Below, piece by piece: positions 29,153 to 40,933 of a stretch of 64,000 nt of DNA; within the stretch, counting starts at the first letter, position 1, and every line of letters begins with the position of its first letter. Below the pieces are notes generated by a model. That model searched no databases. It was not told the DNA's origin and saw only the letters and a program-made list of their open reading frames with translations. A program made the translations under genes and the position numbers. Origin of the DNA: Pseudomonadota bacterium (lineage in GTDB: Bacteria > Pseudomonadota > Gammaproteobacteria > JAKAQQ01); the NCBI GenBank assembly GCA_021839245.1, contig JAKCBQ010000004.1, positions 41,851 through 105,850 of the forward strand, in the 5' to 3' direction.

Positions 29153-30576
29153 CGCATCCTCACCCGGTCGGGAACGGGCCGATCTCGAAGAAGACCGGGC
29201 ACGAAGACCGGAACCAGCAAGAAAAGCAGGGCGTACACAATCGGAACCAGTGAAGTCCGCCAGATGAGTCCGGCGATACTCGGCAGATAGAAACGCCAGA
29301 TGAGGAACCCGACGACGGCCAGAACGGCCGCAAGCGTCAGAAGAAGACGCCGCGGCGTCGGGCGTCGCGCGTACGTCCAGGCCACGACGAAAAAGAGGAA
29401 GTAGACAAGCGCAACGCCGGAGCCCATCCTCTGCCAGAAGAGGGTGGCCGGCGCCTCACCGATGAATCCGAGGGTGATGAAGGTGAAAGCGAAGAGAACG
29501 ACCGCGGCCTTGTACGCCCACGAACGGTAGCGAATCGAGCGGACCGGATGACAGTCGATCCAGGGAAGTCCGAACAGGATGAGGACCGAAAGGGCGAGCG
29601 ACGCCACCCCAAACTGTTTGTTGGGGAACGAGCGGAGAATGGCGTAATAAGGCGTGAAGAACCAGAGCGGGTGGATGTCCGGCGGGGTCTGCATGAAATT
29701 GGCCGGCTGGTAGTTGCTCGGATCAATGAAGAGTCCCCCCCCGGACGGGGCGTAGAAGACGATGATCGCGGCGATGATCAGAAACACACCGACACCGAAA
29801 AGGTCCTTGACGGTGTAGTAGGGATGGAACGGGATGCCGTCGACGGGTTTGCCGGTCTTGGGGTCGAGGTGGTCGTGGATCTCCACCCCGTCGGGGTTGT
29901 TCGAACCGACCTGGTGAAGCGCAATGAGATGCATCAGCACGAGGATGAGCAAAAGAAGAGGAATCGCGATGACGTGGAGAGCAAAAAAGCGGTCGAGTGT
30001 CGCTTGGGTGACACCGAAATCGCCGCGGATCCAGATCACGAGGGAACTGCCGACCCAGGGGATTGCTCCGAAAAGGGAGGTGATGACCTCGGCCCCCCAG
30101 TACGACATTTGTCCCCAGGGGAGGAGATAGCCCATGAACGCCTCGGCCATCAGACAGACGTAAACGAGCATGCCCAGGATCCAGAGGAGCTCGCGCGGCT
30201 TCTTGTAGGACCCGTACATGAGACCGCGGAACATGTGGAGATAGACGACCACAAAAAAGAGCGAGGCCCCGGTCGTATGCATGTAGCGGATCAACCAGCC
30301 CCAGTGCACATCGCGCATGATGTACTGAACCGAGGCAAAGGCTTCATGCACGTTCGGCTGGTAGCTCATGGCGAGGAAGATGCCGGTCACGATCTGGTTG
30401 ACCAGAACGAGAAGCGCCAGCGATCCAAAGAAATACCAGAAGTTGAAATTCTTCGGCGCGTAGTACTCGCTCACCTGGGAGCGCCAGAGCTGGGTGAGCG
30501 GGAAGCGGGCGTTGATCCAGCCCAGAAGACCGCCGCCCGTCGGCGCAGCTTCGGAGGAGAGGGACCGTTCGTTCAT
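29149..30576 (-). CDS. petB: Cytochrome b
   Basis: RYMHTTGAS, YLHMFRG, LPWGQMSYWG, FFALH; PLWF at the PEWY position. Confidence 0.96.
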   Translation of the reverse strand: MNERSLSSEAAPTGGGLLGWINARFPLTQLWRSQVSEYYAPKNFNFWYFFGSLALLVLVNQIVTGIFLAMSYQPNVHEAFASVQYIMRDVHWGWLIRYMHTTGASLFFVVVYLHMFRGLMYGSYKKPRELLWILGMLVYVCLMAEAFMGYLLPWGQMSYWGAEVITSLFGAIPWVGSSLVIWIRGDFGVTQATLDRFFALHVIAIPLLLLILVLMHLIALHQVGSNNPDGVEIHDHLDPKTGKPVDGIPFHPYYTVKDLFGVGVFLIIAAIIVFYAPSGGGLFIDPSNYQPANFMQTPPDIHPLWFFTPYYAILRSFPNKQFGVASLALSVLILFGLPWIDCHPVRSIRYRSWAYKAAVVLFAFTFITLGFIGEAPATLFWQRMGSGVALVYFLFFVVAWTYARRPTPRRLLLTLAAVLAVVGFLIWRFYLPSIAGLIWRTSLVPIVYALLFLLVPVFVPGLLRDRPVPDRVRMR

Positions 30577-30721
30577 AAGGAACTCCTCGGATCAGGAATC
30601 GCAACCCAACCGATTCCCCGTATGTCGAGGCACACTTGACCGGCCAGGGCGCGACGGGGAGGGGCAAGCCCACAAACCCCGTGCTCGGGCATTATACACG
30701 GACCCCCTCACCGCTACGACT

Positions 30722-32824
<2,103 letters not shown>

Positions 32825-32934
32825 GGCTCCTCCTCGCGCCTGGGGCGGTGGCGGCCGACCCGCCAGAGGCCGACCGTGTGTTTCAGGATAGCACAACGAT
32901 CGCGGGCGGGAAGGCTCTGCCTTATGATCTGTAA

Positions 32935-33942
32935 ATGACGTCCACGGCGCCCTTTCCCCCGCCCGCAACCGGCTCCGACGATGCGGCGCTCGTAGCCGAA
33001 GCCCGTCGCGTCGTCGGACTCGAAGCCGAAGCCCTGCGTGCGCTCGCGGAGCGGCTCGACCACCGCTTCGCCGACGCCTGTCGGCTCTGCCTCGCCACAC
33101 GCGGACGGGTCGTCGTGAGCGGCATGGGCAAGAGCGGCCACATCGCACGCAAAATCGCCGCCACCCTGGCCAGCACGGGGACCCCCGCGTTCTTCGTGCA
33201 TCCGGCCGAGGCCGCCCACGGCGATCTCGGCATGATCACGGAGAATGACGCCGTCCTCTTTCTCAGTCACTCGGGCGAAACCGCCGAAATCCTCGCTCTT
33301 CTACCGCGGATCAAACGGATGGATCTTCCGATTCTGTTGATCACGGGACGGGTGGATTCGACCGCCGCGCGTCACGCCACCGTCGTGCTCGACGCGGCCG
33401 TGGGCCAGGAAGCCTGTCCCCACAATCTTGCCCCGACGACAAGCACCACCGCCGCCCTGGCTCTCGGAGACGCCCTGGCGCTCGCTCTCTTGCGTCTGCG
33501 CGGGTTCACGGCCGAAGACTTTGCGCGGGCGCACCCGGCCGGATCGCTCGGGCGCCGCCTCCTCCTCCGGGTCGAAGACCTGATGCACCGGGCCGACGGG
33601 ATTCCTCGGGTGGGTCCGGACGTCACGGTGGCCGAAGCGCTCTGGGAAATGAGCCGCAAGGGGCTCGGGATGACGGCGGTCACCGACACGGACGGCAAAG
33701 TGCTCGGGGTGTTCACCGACGGCGATCTTCGTCGTGCCCTCGACACCGGCATCGACCTCGCGCATACGCCGATCGCCAAGGTCATGACCGCACGACCGAA
33801 GACGATTGCCCCGGACGCTCTTGCCAGCGAAGCCCTCGCCATCATCGAGCGCCACGCGGTCAACGCCCTTTTGGTTGTGGCCGACGGACGTCTGGTGGGC
33901 GCCCTGAACACCCACGATCTGCTCCGCACCGGCGTCGCCTGA
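32935..33942 (+). CDS. kdsD: Arabinose-5-phosphate isomerase (KpsF/GutQ)
   Basis: GMGKSGHI, HPAEAAHGDLG, EACPHNLAPT, CBS pair. Confidence 0.93.
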   Translation: MTSTAPFPPPATGSDDAALVAEARRVVGLEAEALRALAERLDHRFADACRLCLATRGRVVVSGMGKSGHIARKIAATLASTGTPAFFVHPAEAAHGDLGMITENDAVLFLSHSGETAEILALLPRIKRMDLPILLITGRVDSTAARHATVVLDAAVGQEACPHNLAPTTSTTAALALGDALALALLRLRGFTAEDFARAHPAGSLGRRLLLRVEDLMHRADGIPRVGPDVTVAEALWEMSRKGLGMTAVTDTDGKVLGVFTDGDLRRALDTGIDLAHTPIAKVMTARPKTIAPDALASEALAIIERHAVNALLVVADGRLVGALNTHDLLRTGVA

Positions 33943-34451
33943 TGGTGGACACCGCCCGCCTCCGTCATGTGCGCGCTCTCGTGCTCGACGTCGACGGTGT
34001 GCTCACCGACGGACGGCTCTACTACAGCCCCACGGGCGAGATCTTCCAATCCTTCCACGTCCACGACGGCCAGGGCATCAAGATGGCGCAGGCTGCGGGT
34101 CTCATCGTCGCCGCACTGAGCGCGCGACGTTCCGCCGCCGTCGAGCATCGACTCGGGGAGCTCGGCCTCGCCGCCATCGTTCAGGGGCGGCACGACAAGA
34201 GCCGCGCTCTCGATGAACTCGAGGCGCGGTTTGGTTTCGCCGACAAGGAACTGGCGGCGGTCGGCGACGACCTGGGCGACCTCCCGGTCCTCGCCCGGGC
34301 CTGCTTCTCCGCCGCCGTCGCCGACGCCCATCCCTCCTGCCGCGCACAGGCCCACTACGTCACCCGTTGCGCAGGAGGCCGGGGCGCTGTCCGCGAGGTG
34401 ATCGACCTCCTGCTCGCCGCCCGCGAGGGGAGGGACACCAACGCGCCGTGA
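33942..34451 (+). CDS. kdsC: KDO-8-phosphate phosphatase
   Basis: LDVDGVLTDG, GDDLGD, GGRGAVRE. Confidence 0.92.
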   Translation: MVDTARLRHVRALVLDVDGVLTDGRLYYSPTGEIFQSFHVHDGQGIKMAQAAGLIVAALSARRSAAVEHRLGELGLAAIVQGRHDKSRALDELEARFGFADKELAAVGDDLGDLPVLARACFSAAVADAHPSCRAQAHYVTRCAGGRGAVREVIDLLLAAREGRDTNAP

Positions 34452-35278
34452 AAACCTCCGCGCTCCTCTGGAGCGGCCTCGTCCTCGCCGTCGTCGCGAG
34501 TTTCGTCCTCCTCGCCTACGTTGAAGGCGGCGCTAGGCACGGCCCGGCGAGCCTCTCCCCGCAACCCCTCTACCGCGTGCGCGATGTCACCCTCACACGC
34601 TGGAACGCGCGCGGACTCGTCCGCTACCGGCTCGACGCCCGCCGCCTCGTGCGCTGGAAAACCGTGGAAGACCTGACGGAAGTTCGTTTTCACTATCACC
34701 CCGGACGGACGGCCACCACACTTGTGCACGCCGTGTACGGTCAGCGTACCAGTGGGCGTCGGCGCCTCCTCCTCTGGCAGCACGTGCGGGTCTTCTCCTG
34801 GCGGTCGGCGCACGCTCCGCCGCTGCTCCTGCGCACCCACCGCCTGTGGATCAACACCCGTAGCGAACTCGTGCACACGCGGGCGCCGGTCACGATCTCG
34901 GAAGGGCGGAGCCAGGTTCGGGGTGTCGGTCTGCGCGCCCGGCTCACCGCCCATCGTCTCCGTCTCCTCGCCCGTGTGCATGCCGTACTCTATCCCCATG
35001 GCCCCGCGTCGTCCGCCTCCGTTTCACTCACCCCGGCTCGCCGCTCTCGCGCTCGCCCTGCCCGTCGCACTCGCGGGACATCCGACGCCCACCCGGAACG
35101 CCCAGGTCAAGCCCCCCGCCCCGCCCGTGGCGACGTCGGCCGCCGCCCTTCCGGTACGCATCAGTTCGAACACCATGACGCTCACGCGTCTTCGGCAAAA
35201 CGGCAAGACGGTTGTCGACCGCAACATCTATCAGGGCCACGTCGTTCTTCATCAGGGGCCGATCACCATTTGGGCTGA
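34448..35278 (+). CDS. lptC: LPS export protein LptC (frame runs on into lptA)
   Basis: N-terminal TM segment, beta-jellyroll pattern LRT..L….T..PVTI…G.GL; position between kdsC and lptA. Confidence 0.7.
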   Translation: MKTSALLWSGLVLAVVASFVLLAYVEGGARHGPASLSPQPLYRVRDVTLTRWNARGLVRYRLDARRLVRWKTVEDLTEVRFHYHPGRTATTLVHAVYGQRTSGRRRLLLWQHVRVFSWRSAHAPPLLLRTHRLWINTRSELVHTRAPVTISEGRSQVRGVGLRARLTAHRLRLLARVHAVLYPHGPASSASVSLTPARRSRARPARRTRGTSDAHPERPGQAPRPARGDVGRRPSGTHQFEHHDAHASSAKRQDGCRPQHLSGPRRSSSGADHHLG

Positions 35279-35582
35279 GACCACGATCCTGCGTCTCAAC
35301 ACACACGGTCAGCTTCTCTTCGCCCGCGCCCTCGGCCAACCGGTCCGGTTCGTCCGCACCGCGAAGCGCGGCCCACCGATCCGGGGAACGGCCCTCGCCG
35401 TCACCTACAATCCGGCCACCACCACCTACACCCTCGTCGGCCACGTGCACGTCGAGCGCGGTACGCAATCGATCGTCGCCCACGAAATTACCTACAACAC
35501 GCTCACGCGGATCCTCGTCGCCCGGCGCGGGAACCGGCACCGCATCCATATGATCATCCCGTCGCATCCGGGCCGACCGTGA
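34998..35582 (+). CDS. lptA: LPS export periplasmic protein LptA
   Basis: Signal peptide; PVRISS, YQGHV..HQG.ITI.A, A.GQPV.F, ITYN. Confidence 0.8.
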   Translation: MAPRRPPPFHSPRLAALALALPVALAGHPTPTRNAQVKPPAPPVATSAAALPVRISSNTMTLTRLRQNGKTVVDRNIYQGHVVLHQGPITIWAETTILRLNTHGQLLFARALGQPVRFVRTAKRGPPIRGTALAVTYNPATTTYTLVGHVHVERGTQSIVAHEITYNTLTRILVARRGNRHRIHMIIPSHPGRP

Positions 35583-36304
35583 ATCTCGTGGCCGAAGGGC
35601 TCGTCAAGCGTTACCGCGGGCGCACCGTCGTCAACGATGTCTCGCTCGTGATCAACGCCGGAGAAATCGTCGGTCTCCTCGGTCCCAACGGGGCCGGGAA
35701 GACGACCACCTTCTACGCGATCGTGGGACTCATCCGTCCGGACGCCGGTCGCATCCGCTGCGCGGATGAAGATCTCACGCGGTTGCCCATCCACAGCCGC
35801 GCACGGCGGGGCGTGGGTTACCTTCCCCAAGAGACCTCCGTGTTCCGCCGCCTCACGGTGGCCGACAACATTCGCGCCGTCCTCGAGCTCCAGCCGGGGA
35901 TGGCGGATCCCCGCCGACGGGAAAACCGCATCGCCGAGCTGCTCGACGAGCTGCACATCGCCCATCTGGCTCGCACACCGGCCGTCGCTCTTTCAGGAGG
36001 CGAGCGGCGCCGGACGGAAATCGCCCGGGCGCTGGCCGGCAACCCCCGGTTCATGCTGCTCGACGAACCTTTCGCCGGCGTCGATCCGCTCTCCGTGGCC
36101 GACATCCAGAACATCATCCTCCATCTCCGCCGGCGGGAGATCGGCGTTCTCATCACCGACCACAACGTGCGCGAAACCTTCGGCATCTGCGATCGCGCGT
36201 ACATCCTCAACGAGGGCCGTGTCATCGCCGCGGGGACACCCGCCGAGCTCGTGCACGATCCCGAGGTCCGGCGCGTCTACCTCGGGGAGAGTTTCCGCGC
36301 CTAG
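35579..36304 (+). CDS. lptB: LPS export ABC ATPase LptB
   Basis: [37 protein letters not shown]. Confidence 0.96.
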   Translation: MNLVAEGLVKRYRGRTVVNDVSLVINAGEIVGLLGPNGAGKTTTFYAIVGLIRPDAGRIRCADEDLTRLPIHSRARRGVGYLPQETSVFRRLTVADNIRAVLELQPGMADPRRRENRIAELLDELHIAHLARTPAVALSGGERRRTEIARALAGNPRFMLLDEPFAGVDPLSVADIQNIILHLRRREIGVLITDHNVRETFGICDRAYILNEGRVIAAGTPAELVHDPEVRRVYLGESFRA

Positions 36305-36317
36305 GAGCGGCCGCACC

Positions 36318-37712
36318 TTGCCCCGCCTTGGCCCCCGTCTTGCACCGAGCCCCCGGCTGCGTCTTGCGGCAAGCCTTCGTCAAGGCCTGGCTCTCCTCGT
36401 TCTCGACCGCGACGAGCTGCGCCAGGCGATCGAAACCGCCGTCGCCGAAAACCCTCTCCTCGAATTCGAGGCCACATCCACGGAGGAAACAAGCGGGGAA
36501 GCGACCGGCGAAAAAGATCCCGCGCCACACGAGGAACCGTTCTTCCCCGAGGATCTCCCGGAGGCTTCCGGCGGCGGGGACACCCCGCCGCCGGAAGCCG
36601 TCGCACCCCCGCCGCCTCTGACCACGTATCTCGCCGAACAGATCGCCTGTCTCCACATGACCGAGCGCGACCGCACGCTCGCCGTCCACCTCCTCGACCG
36701 CCTCGACGATCGCGGGTACCTCACGGAATCGCCCGAGGAGATCGGCTCCGGGTTTCCCGGCGATCCCCCCCCCGCGCCCGAGGAGCTCGACGCCGTCCGC
36801 CATCGCCTGCAGGGACTCGATCCCGTGGGCTGCTTTTCCTTCGACCTCGGAGACTGCCTGCGCGCACAGGTACGCCGGCGCGGAGACCTCTCCAGCGAAA
36901 CGCGCGCGCTTCTCATCGCCCTCCTCGAGTTTCCTCTCGTGGACCTCGCGCGGGGCCGGGACGAGACGCTGGCGCAACGTCTCGGGCGAAAGACAGACGA
37001 GATCACCCACGCCCGGCGTCTTCTCCGCAGCTTCGATCCCGCTCCCGGTGCGGGCTGGGGAGGCCTTCCCGCTGTCCGGCTCCTTCCGGATCTTCTGATC
37101 GAGGCCGACGAGAACGGCTGGCGGGTTCGACTCCCGGACGACCTTCCCCGCCTGCGGCTGTGCCGCCTCAGACAGGGACGTCGACACGGAGCCGACAGCG
37201 CCGACTGGAGGCGCTGTCGCGACGAAGCCCGCGGGCTTCTGCACGGACTCGCGCTCCGCCGCCAGGCGCTCCTCTCCCTCGGGGAGGCGCTTCTTCGCCA
37301 CCAGGAAGGGTTCTTCCGACGCGGGGCCTCGGCCCTGAACCCGCTGCGACAACGGACGCTTGCGGCCGAACTCGGCGTGCACGAATCGACCCTCTCGCGG
37401 CTCATCCAGAGCAAGTACGTCTTCTCGCCGCAAGGGCTTCATCCCCTCAAGTTCTTTTTCCCGCCACCCGCCGGAGGGGGGGCGGAGGGCGGTGCCAGCC
37501 CGCAGGCCGTCCATGCCGCTCTCGTCGAGATCCTGGCTGCCGAATCACCCCGCCACCCCTACCGCGACGGTGACCTCGTCGGCCTTCTCGCCCGCCGCGG
37601 TATCATGGTCGCAAGGCGTACAGTCAGCAAGTACCGTGACACTTACGGCATTCCGCCCTGGCACGAACGGCGCGCGCACGACCACTCTTCCGGAGGAGAC
37701 GAACGACGATGA
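36318..37712 (+). CDS. rpoN: RNA polymerase sigma-54 factor
   Basis: ENPLLE, LDDRGYL, HESTLSR, RpoN box ARRTVSKYR; start approximate. Confidence 0.92.
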   Translation: MPRLGPRLAPSPRLRLAASLRQGLALLVLDRDELRQAIETAVAENPLLEFEATSTEETSGEATGEKDPAPHEEPFFPEDLPEASGGGDTPPPEAVAPPPPLTTYLAEQIACLHMTERDRTLAVHLLDRLDDRGYLTESPEEIGSGFPGDPPPAPEELDAVRHRLQGLDPVGCFSFDLGDCLRAQVRRRGDLSSETRALLIALLEFPLVDLARGRDETLAQRLGRKTDEITHARRLLRSFDPAPGAGWGGLPAVRLLPDLLIEADENGWRVRLPDDLPRLRLCRLRQGRRHGADSADWRRCRDEARGLLHGLALRRQALLSLGEALLRHQEGFFRRGASALNPLRQRTLAAELGVHESTLSRLIQSKYVFSPQGLHPLKFFFPPPAGGGAEGGASPQAVHAALVEILAAESPRHPYRDGDLVGLLARRGIMVARRTVSKYRDTYGIPPWHERRAHDHSSGGDERR

Positions 37713-38041
37713 CGGACACGATGCAGATGCAAATCAGCGGGCATGGTCTTGAGCTCACACCGGCGCTCAAAAGCTACACCGAGAAGAAGCTCACCCACCT
37801 CCTGAACCGTGAGCAGAGCACCGACAGCATCCACGTTGTCCTCGCCTGCGAGCACCACCGCCACCGCGCGGAGGCCACTGTCCACTCCCGGCGGGGCACC
37901 GCCCACGCGGTGGCCGAGGCCGAAGACATGTACGCGGCGATCGATCTTCTCGAAACCAAGCTCGTGCGGCAAATCGTCCGCGAAAAGGAACGACGGTCCG
38001 ACCATCACTCCGAGCGTCATGACGGCAACAGCGTCGGGTGA
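37709..38041 (+). CDS. hpf: Ribosome hibernation promoting factor
   Basis: ISGHGLELTPALKSY, DMYAAID..KL.RQ. Confidence 0.9.
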   Translation: MTDTMQMQISGHGLELTPALKSYTEKKLTHLLNREQSTDSIHVVLACEHHRHRAEATVHSRRGTAHAVAEAEDMYAAIDLLETKLVRQIVREKERRSDHHSERHDGNSVG

Positions 38042-38948
38042 CCCTCCCCGCCCGCGGGATGAAAACCCCCATTTCGTGCTTTTGAGCGGACTGTCGGGAG
38101 CCGGCAAGTCCATCGCGCTGCACACGCTCGAAGATCTCGGATTCTACTGCGTCGACAATCTTCCGGCCGATCTCCTCGAGGAGGTCGTCCGCCGCCGTGG
38201 CGAGCGGCCGGTCCGGCGTCTCGCGGTCGGCATCGACGTGCGCGGCGGGGAGACCGACTTCGAGCGCATTGTCGCCAGCGTGCGCGGCCTCGCCCGCGAG
38301 GGATGGCGGACGACGATCGTCTTCCTCGACGCAAGCGACGAGACCCTGCTCCGCCGCTACGGCGAGACCCGCCGCCGCCATCCCCTCGGGGGTGTCGGTC
38401 TCGGTCTGATGGAAGCGATCCGACGCGAGCGGGCGATCCTCGGACAGATCGCCGATGCCGCCGATCTCCGCCTCGACACGACGCGGCTCAACGTTCACGA
38501 ACTCCATGAAGAGATCCGCCGCCGCATCGACCTCACCGGCCAGCACCGGCTCGTCCTCTCCTGGCAATCCTTCGCCTACCGGAGCGGAACCCCCGCAGAC
38601 GCGGACTTCGTCTTCGACGTCCGCTGTCTTCCGAACCCCTACTGGGATCCGGCGCTGCGCGGATTGAGCGGGCTCGACGCAGAAATCCAGGCCTACCTCG
38701 AGCGTCACGAGACCACCCGACGCATGCTCGAGGGGATCACATCGTTCCTCGATCCCTGGCTGCCCGTCTTCGAACACAACGATCGGATTTCCCTCGTCTG
38801 CGCGGTGGGCTGCACTGGAGGCCGCCACCGCTCGGTGGCCGTGGTCGAACACATGGCGGCGTACTACCGCGCCCTCGGGCGCCCGGTGCTCGTGCGTCAC
38901 CGTGACCTCATTCTTTCCTCCACGAGCGTCACGGCCCCTGGCGGCTGA
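38019..38948 (+). CDS. rapZ: RNase adapter RapZ (YhbJ)
   Basis: SGLSGAGKS, GFYCVDNLP, ETRRRHPL, FDVRCLPNP, GCTGGRHRSV. Confidence 0.93.
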   Translation: MTATASGDPPRPRDENPHFVLLSGLSGAGKSIALHTLEDLGFYCVDNLPADLLEEVVRRRGERPVRRLAVGIDVRGGETDFERIVASVRGLAREGWRTTIVFLDASDETLLRRYGETRRRHPLGGVGLGLMEAIRRERAILGQIADAADLRLDTTRLNVHELHEEIRRRIDLTGQHRLVLSWQSFAYRSGTPADADFVFDVRCLPNPYWDPALRGLSGLDAEIQAYLERHETTRRMLEGITSFLDPWLPVFEHNDRISLVCAVGCTGGRHRSVAVVEHMAAYYRALGRPVLVRHRDLILSSTSVTAPGG

Positions 38949-40105
38949 GCCGCCCCCAAACCGAGGAGTGCGCGAAGCTCCCGAGCCCGCGCCCGTGTCT
39001 CCGCGTAACCGCGGTCGATGAGTTCCCCGCAATAGTCTCCGTGAAAGAGGAGATAACTCTTGAGCTCGAGGCCGCTCCCGCCCCCGGCGCCGAGCCGGTT
39101 GAGAAAGAAGCGGGTGAGCGGAGGGAATCCGTCCTCGTGACGCGCCACCAGGGACCTGAGATCAGCCTCGGGAAACGCCGTGAACGCTTCGATCGACCTG
39201 AGATGCTGGGAGAGCCCCGGCGGGTTCGGGCCGAGGGCGACGAGAAGCGCGTTGATGCGTTCGAGCCGTTCAAGATCACTCACAATCCCGTCCATGAAGA
39301 TCGAATCGAGAACGAAACCCCCGATGGCGGCGAGCGACGGGTAGGCGGGCTCTCCCGATGGCGTCGGAAGCATCTCCTCACGTCCGTGAACGCCCACCAC
39401 CACGAGGCGGGACGCCCCGAGATGAACCGCCGAGGAGAGGGGCGCAAGCTGACGCATCGATCCGTCCCCAAAAAACTCGTTGCCGATGCGGACCGCCGGG
39501 AACAGGAGCGGAAGAGCGGACGAGGCGAGGACATGCGCGAGTTCGAGGCGGGCACGGCGGCCCTCACGCCGCGCACGCCGCCACTCGGCAACCTCGGGGG
39601 ACGCCTCGAAAAAGACGACGCTCTTTCCGGTCGTGTAGGACGAGGCGGTGATCGCGACCCCACGCAGCCGCCCCGAGGCGATGTGGGTGGTGAAACGAAA
39701 GCCGATCTCTTCCGTGATGAGCGTCCGAAGCGGACTGTTGTCAAGGAGTGCGTGGGGGCGGCGAGAGGTGCGGAAATGACTGGACCAGAGGTTGCGCAGT
39801 CCGTGGAAGCGCCCATGCCACAACGAACCGAGGCCGCCTCTGTACACGCGACCAACGTGGAGTGTGCGCCAGAGCGTTTCGAGTTCGCCCAGAGCGCCCA
39901 CGGGATCATTCGCCCTGTCCGCCAGGAAGAGGGCGTTGATGGCCCCCGAGGACGTGCCGCTCAGGACAAGCGGTGGCGGACGTCGCCCCGCCTCGGCGTA
40001 CAGGCCAAAGAGCGCCTTGAGCACCCCCACCTCGTAGGCACCGCGGGCCCCTCCGCCGGCCAACACAATACCCAGCGCCGGTTCGTCGTGCATCGCATCA
40101 GCCAC
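38897..40105 (-). CDS. Patatin-like phospholipase
   Basis: GGGARG, GTSSG, DGS motifs. Confidence 0.88.
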   Translation of the reverse strand: MADAMHDEPALGIVLAGGGARGAYEVGVLKALFGLYAEAGRRPPPLVLSGTSSGAINALFLADRANDPVGALGELETLWRTLHVGRVYRGGLGSLWHGRFHGLRNLWSSHFRTSRRPHALLDNSPLRTLITEEIGFRFTTHIASGRLRGVAITASSYTTGKSVVFFEASPEVAEWRRARREGRRARLELAHVLASSALPLLFPAVRIGNEFFGDGSMRQLAPLSSAVHLGASRLVVVGVHGREEMLPTPSGEPAYPSLAAIGGFVLDSIFMDGIVSDLERLERINALLVALGPNPPGLSQHLRSIEAFTAFPEADLRSLVARHEDGFPPLTRFFLNRLGAGGGSGLELKSYLLFHGDYCGELIDRGYAETRARARELRALLGLGAAQPPGAVTLVEERMRSR

Positions 40106-40177
40106 GGCTGAGAGGTCCTCGGGGAGAACAACGGTCCTATCCCGGCTAATATTAGCGGTATCTGGACCGTCGGACCG

Positions 40178-40933
40178 ATGGTGGTGCCACGCGTCGTCGT
40201 GCTCAACGCCAAGGGAGGGTGCGGGAAGACCACACTCGCGACCTCACTGGCCGCGTGCGCGGCCGGCCGCCACCGGCCGGTTCGTCTCCTTGACCTCGAC
40301 CCTCTCGGGGCCGCCCTCGCCTGGAGCCGTCGTCGACCGACATCGCTCCCCCCTGTGCGGGCCATCGCCGCCGACCGTGTTCCCCTCGGCGTCACACGGA
40401 CATTTCTCCTCGGGGGCGCGGAACACGACGAGATCGTGATCTTCGACACACCGGCGGGTCTCGGGCGCCCGACGATCGATCTCTTGGTGCGCGACGCCGC
40501 CGCCGTCCTCGTCCCCGTGCTGCCCTCGTCCGTCGACATCGCCGTCGCCCCGCGTGTGGTCGCCGACGCTCTGCTCGCCGGCTGCCCCAAGGAAGCCCTG
40601 GCTGTCGTCGCCAACCGTGTCCGCAGCCGGACCCGAGCCTTCGCCTCCCTCACCCTGTTCCTGCAATCCCTCACGATCCCTTTCGTCGCCGCCCTCCGCG
40701 ACAGCCAATCCTACGTTGCGGCCACCGCCGAGGGCCGCGGCATCCACGAACTCGACACCCCCGCCGCCCGCAAAGAGCAGGAGAGCTGGATCCCACTTCT
40801 TGAGTGGCTCTCCGCACGCGGCATTGATCTTCGCCCCCCCCCGCCCACGGTCCCGAGCGGGATCCCCGCCGATGCGGCCGAATCCACCCCGTATAGTGAA
40901 GACGTGTTCCGCAACGACGAGCCCAAACCATGA
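40178..40933 (+). CDS. ParA/CobQ-type ATPase
   Basis: NAKGGCGKTT, DLDP, DTPA, PVLPS..D. Confidence 0.85.
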   Translation: MVVPRVVVLNAKGGCGKTTLATSLAACAAGRHRPVRLLDLDPLGAALAWSRRRPTSLPPVRAIAADRVPLGVTRTFLLGGAEHDEIVIFDTPAGLGRPTIDLLVRDAAAVLVPVLPSSVDIAVAPRVVADALLAGCPKEALAVVANRVRSRTRAFASLTLFLQSLTIPFVAALRDSQSYVAATAEGRGIHELDTPAARKEQESWIPLLEWLSARGIDLRPPPPTVPSGIPADAAESTPYSEDVFRNDEPKP

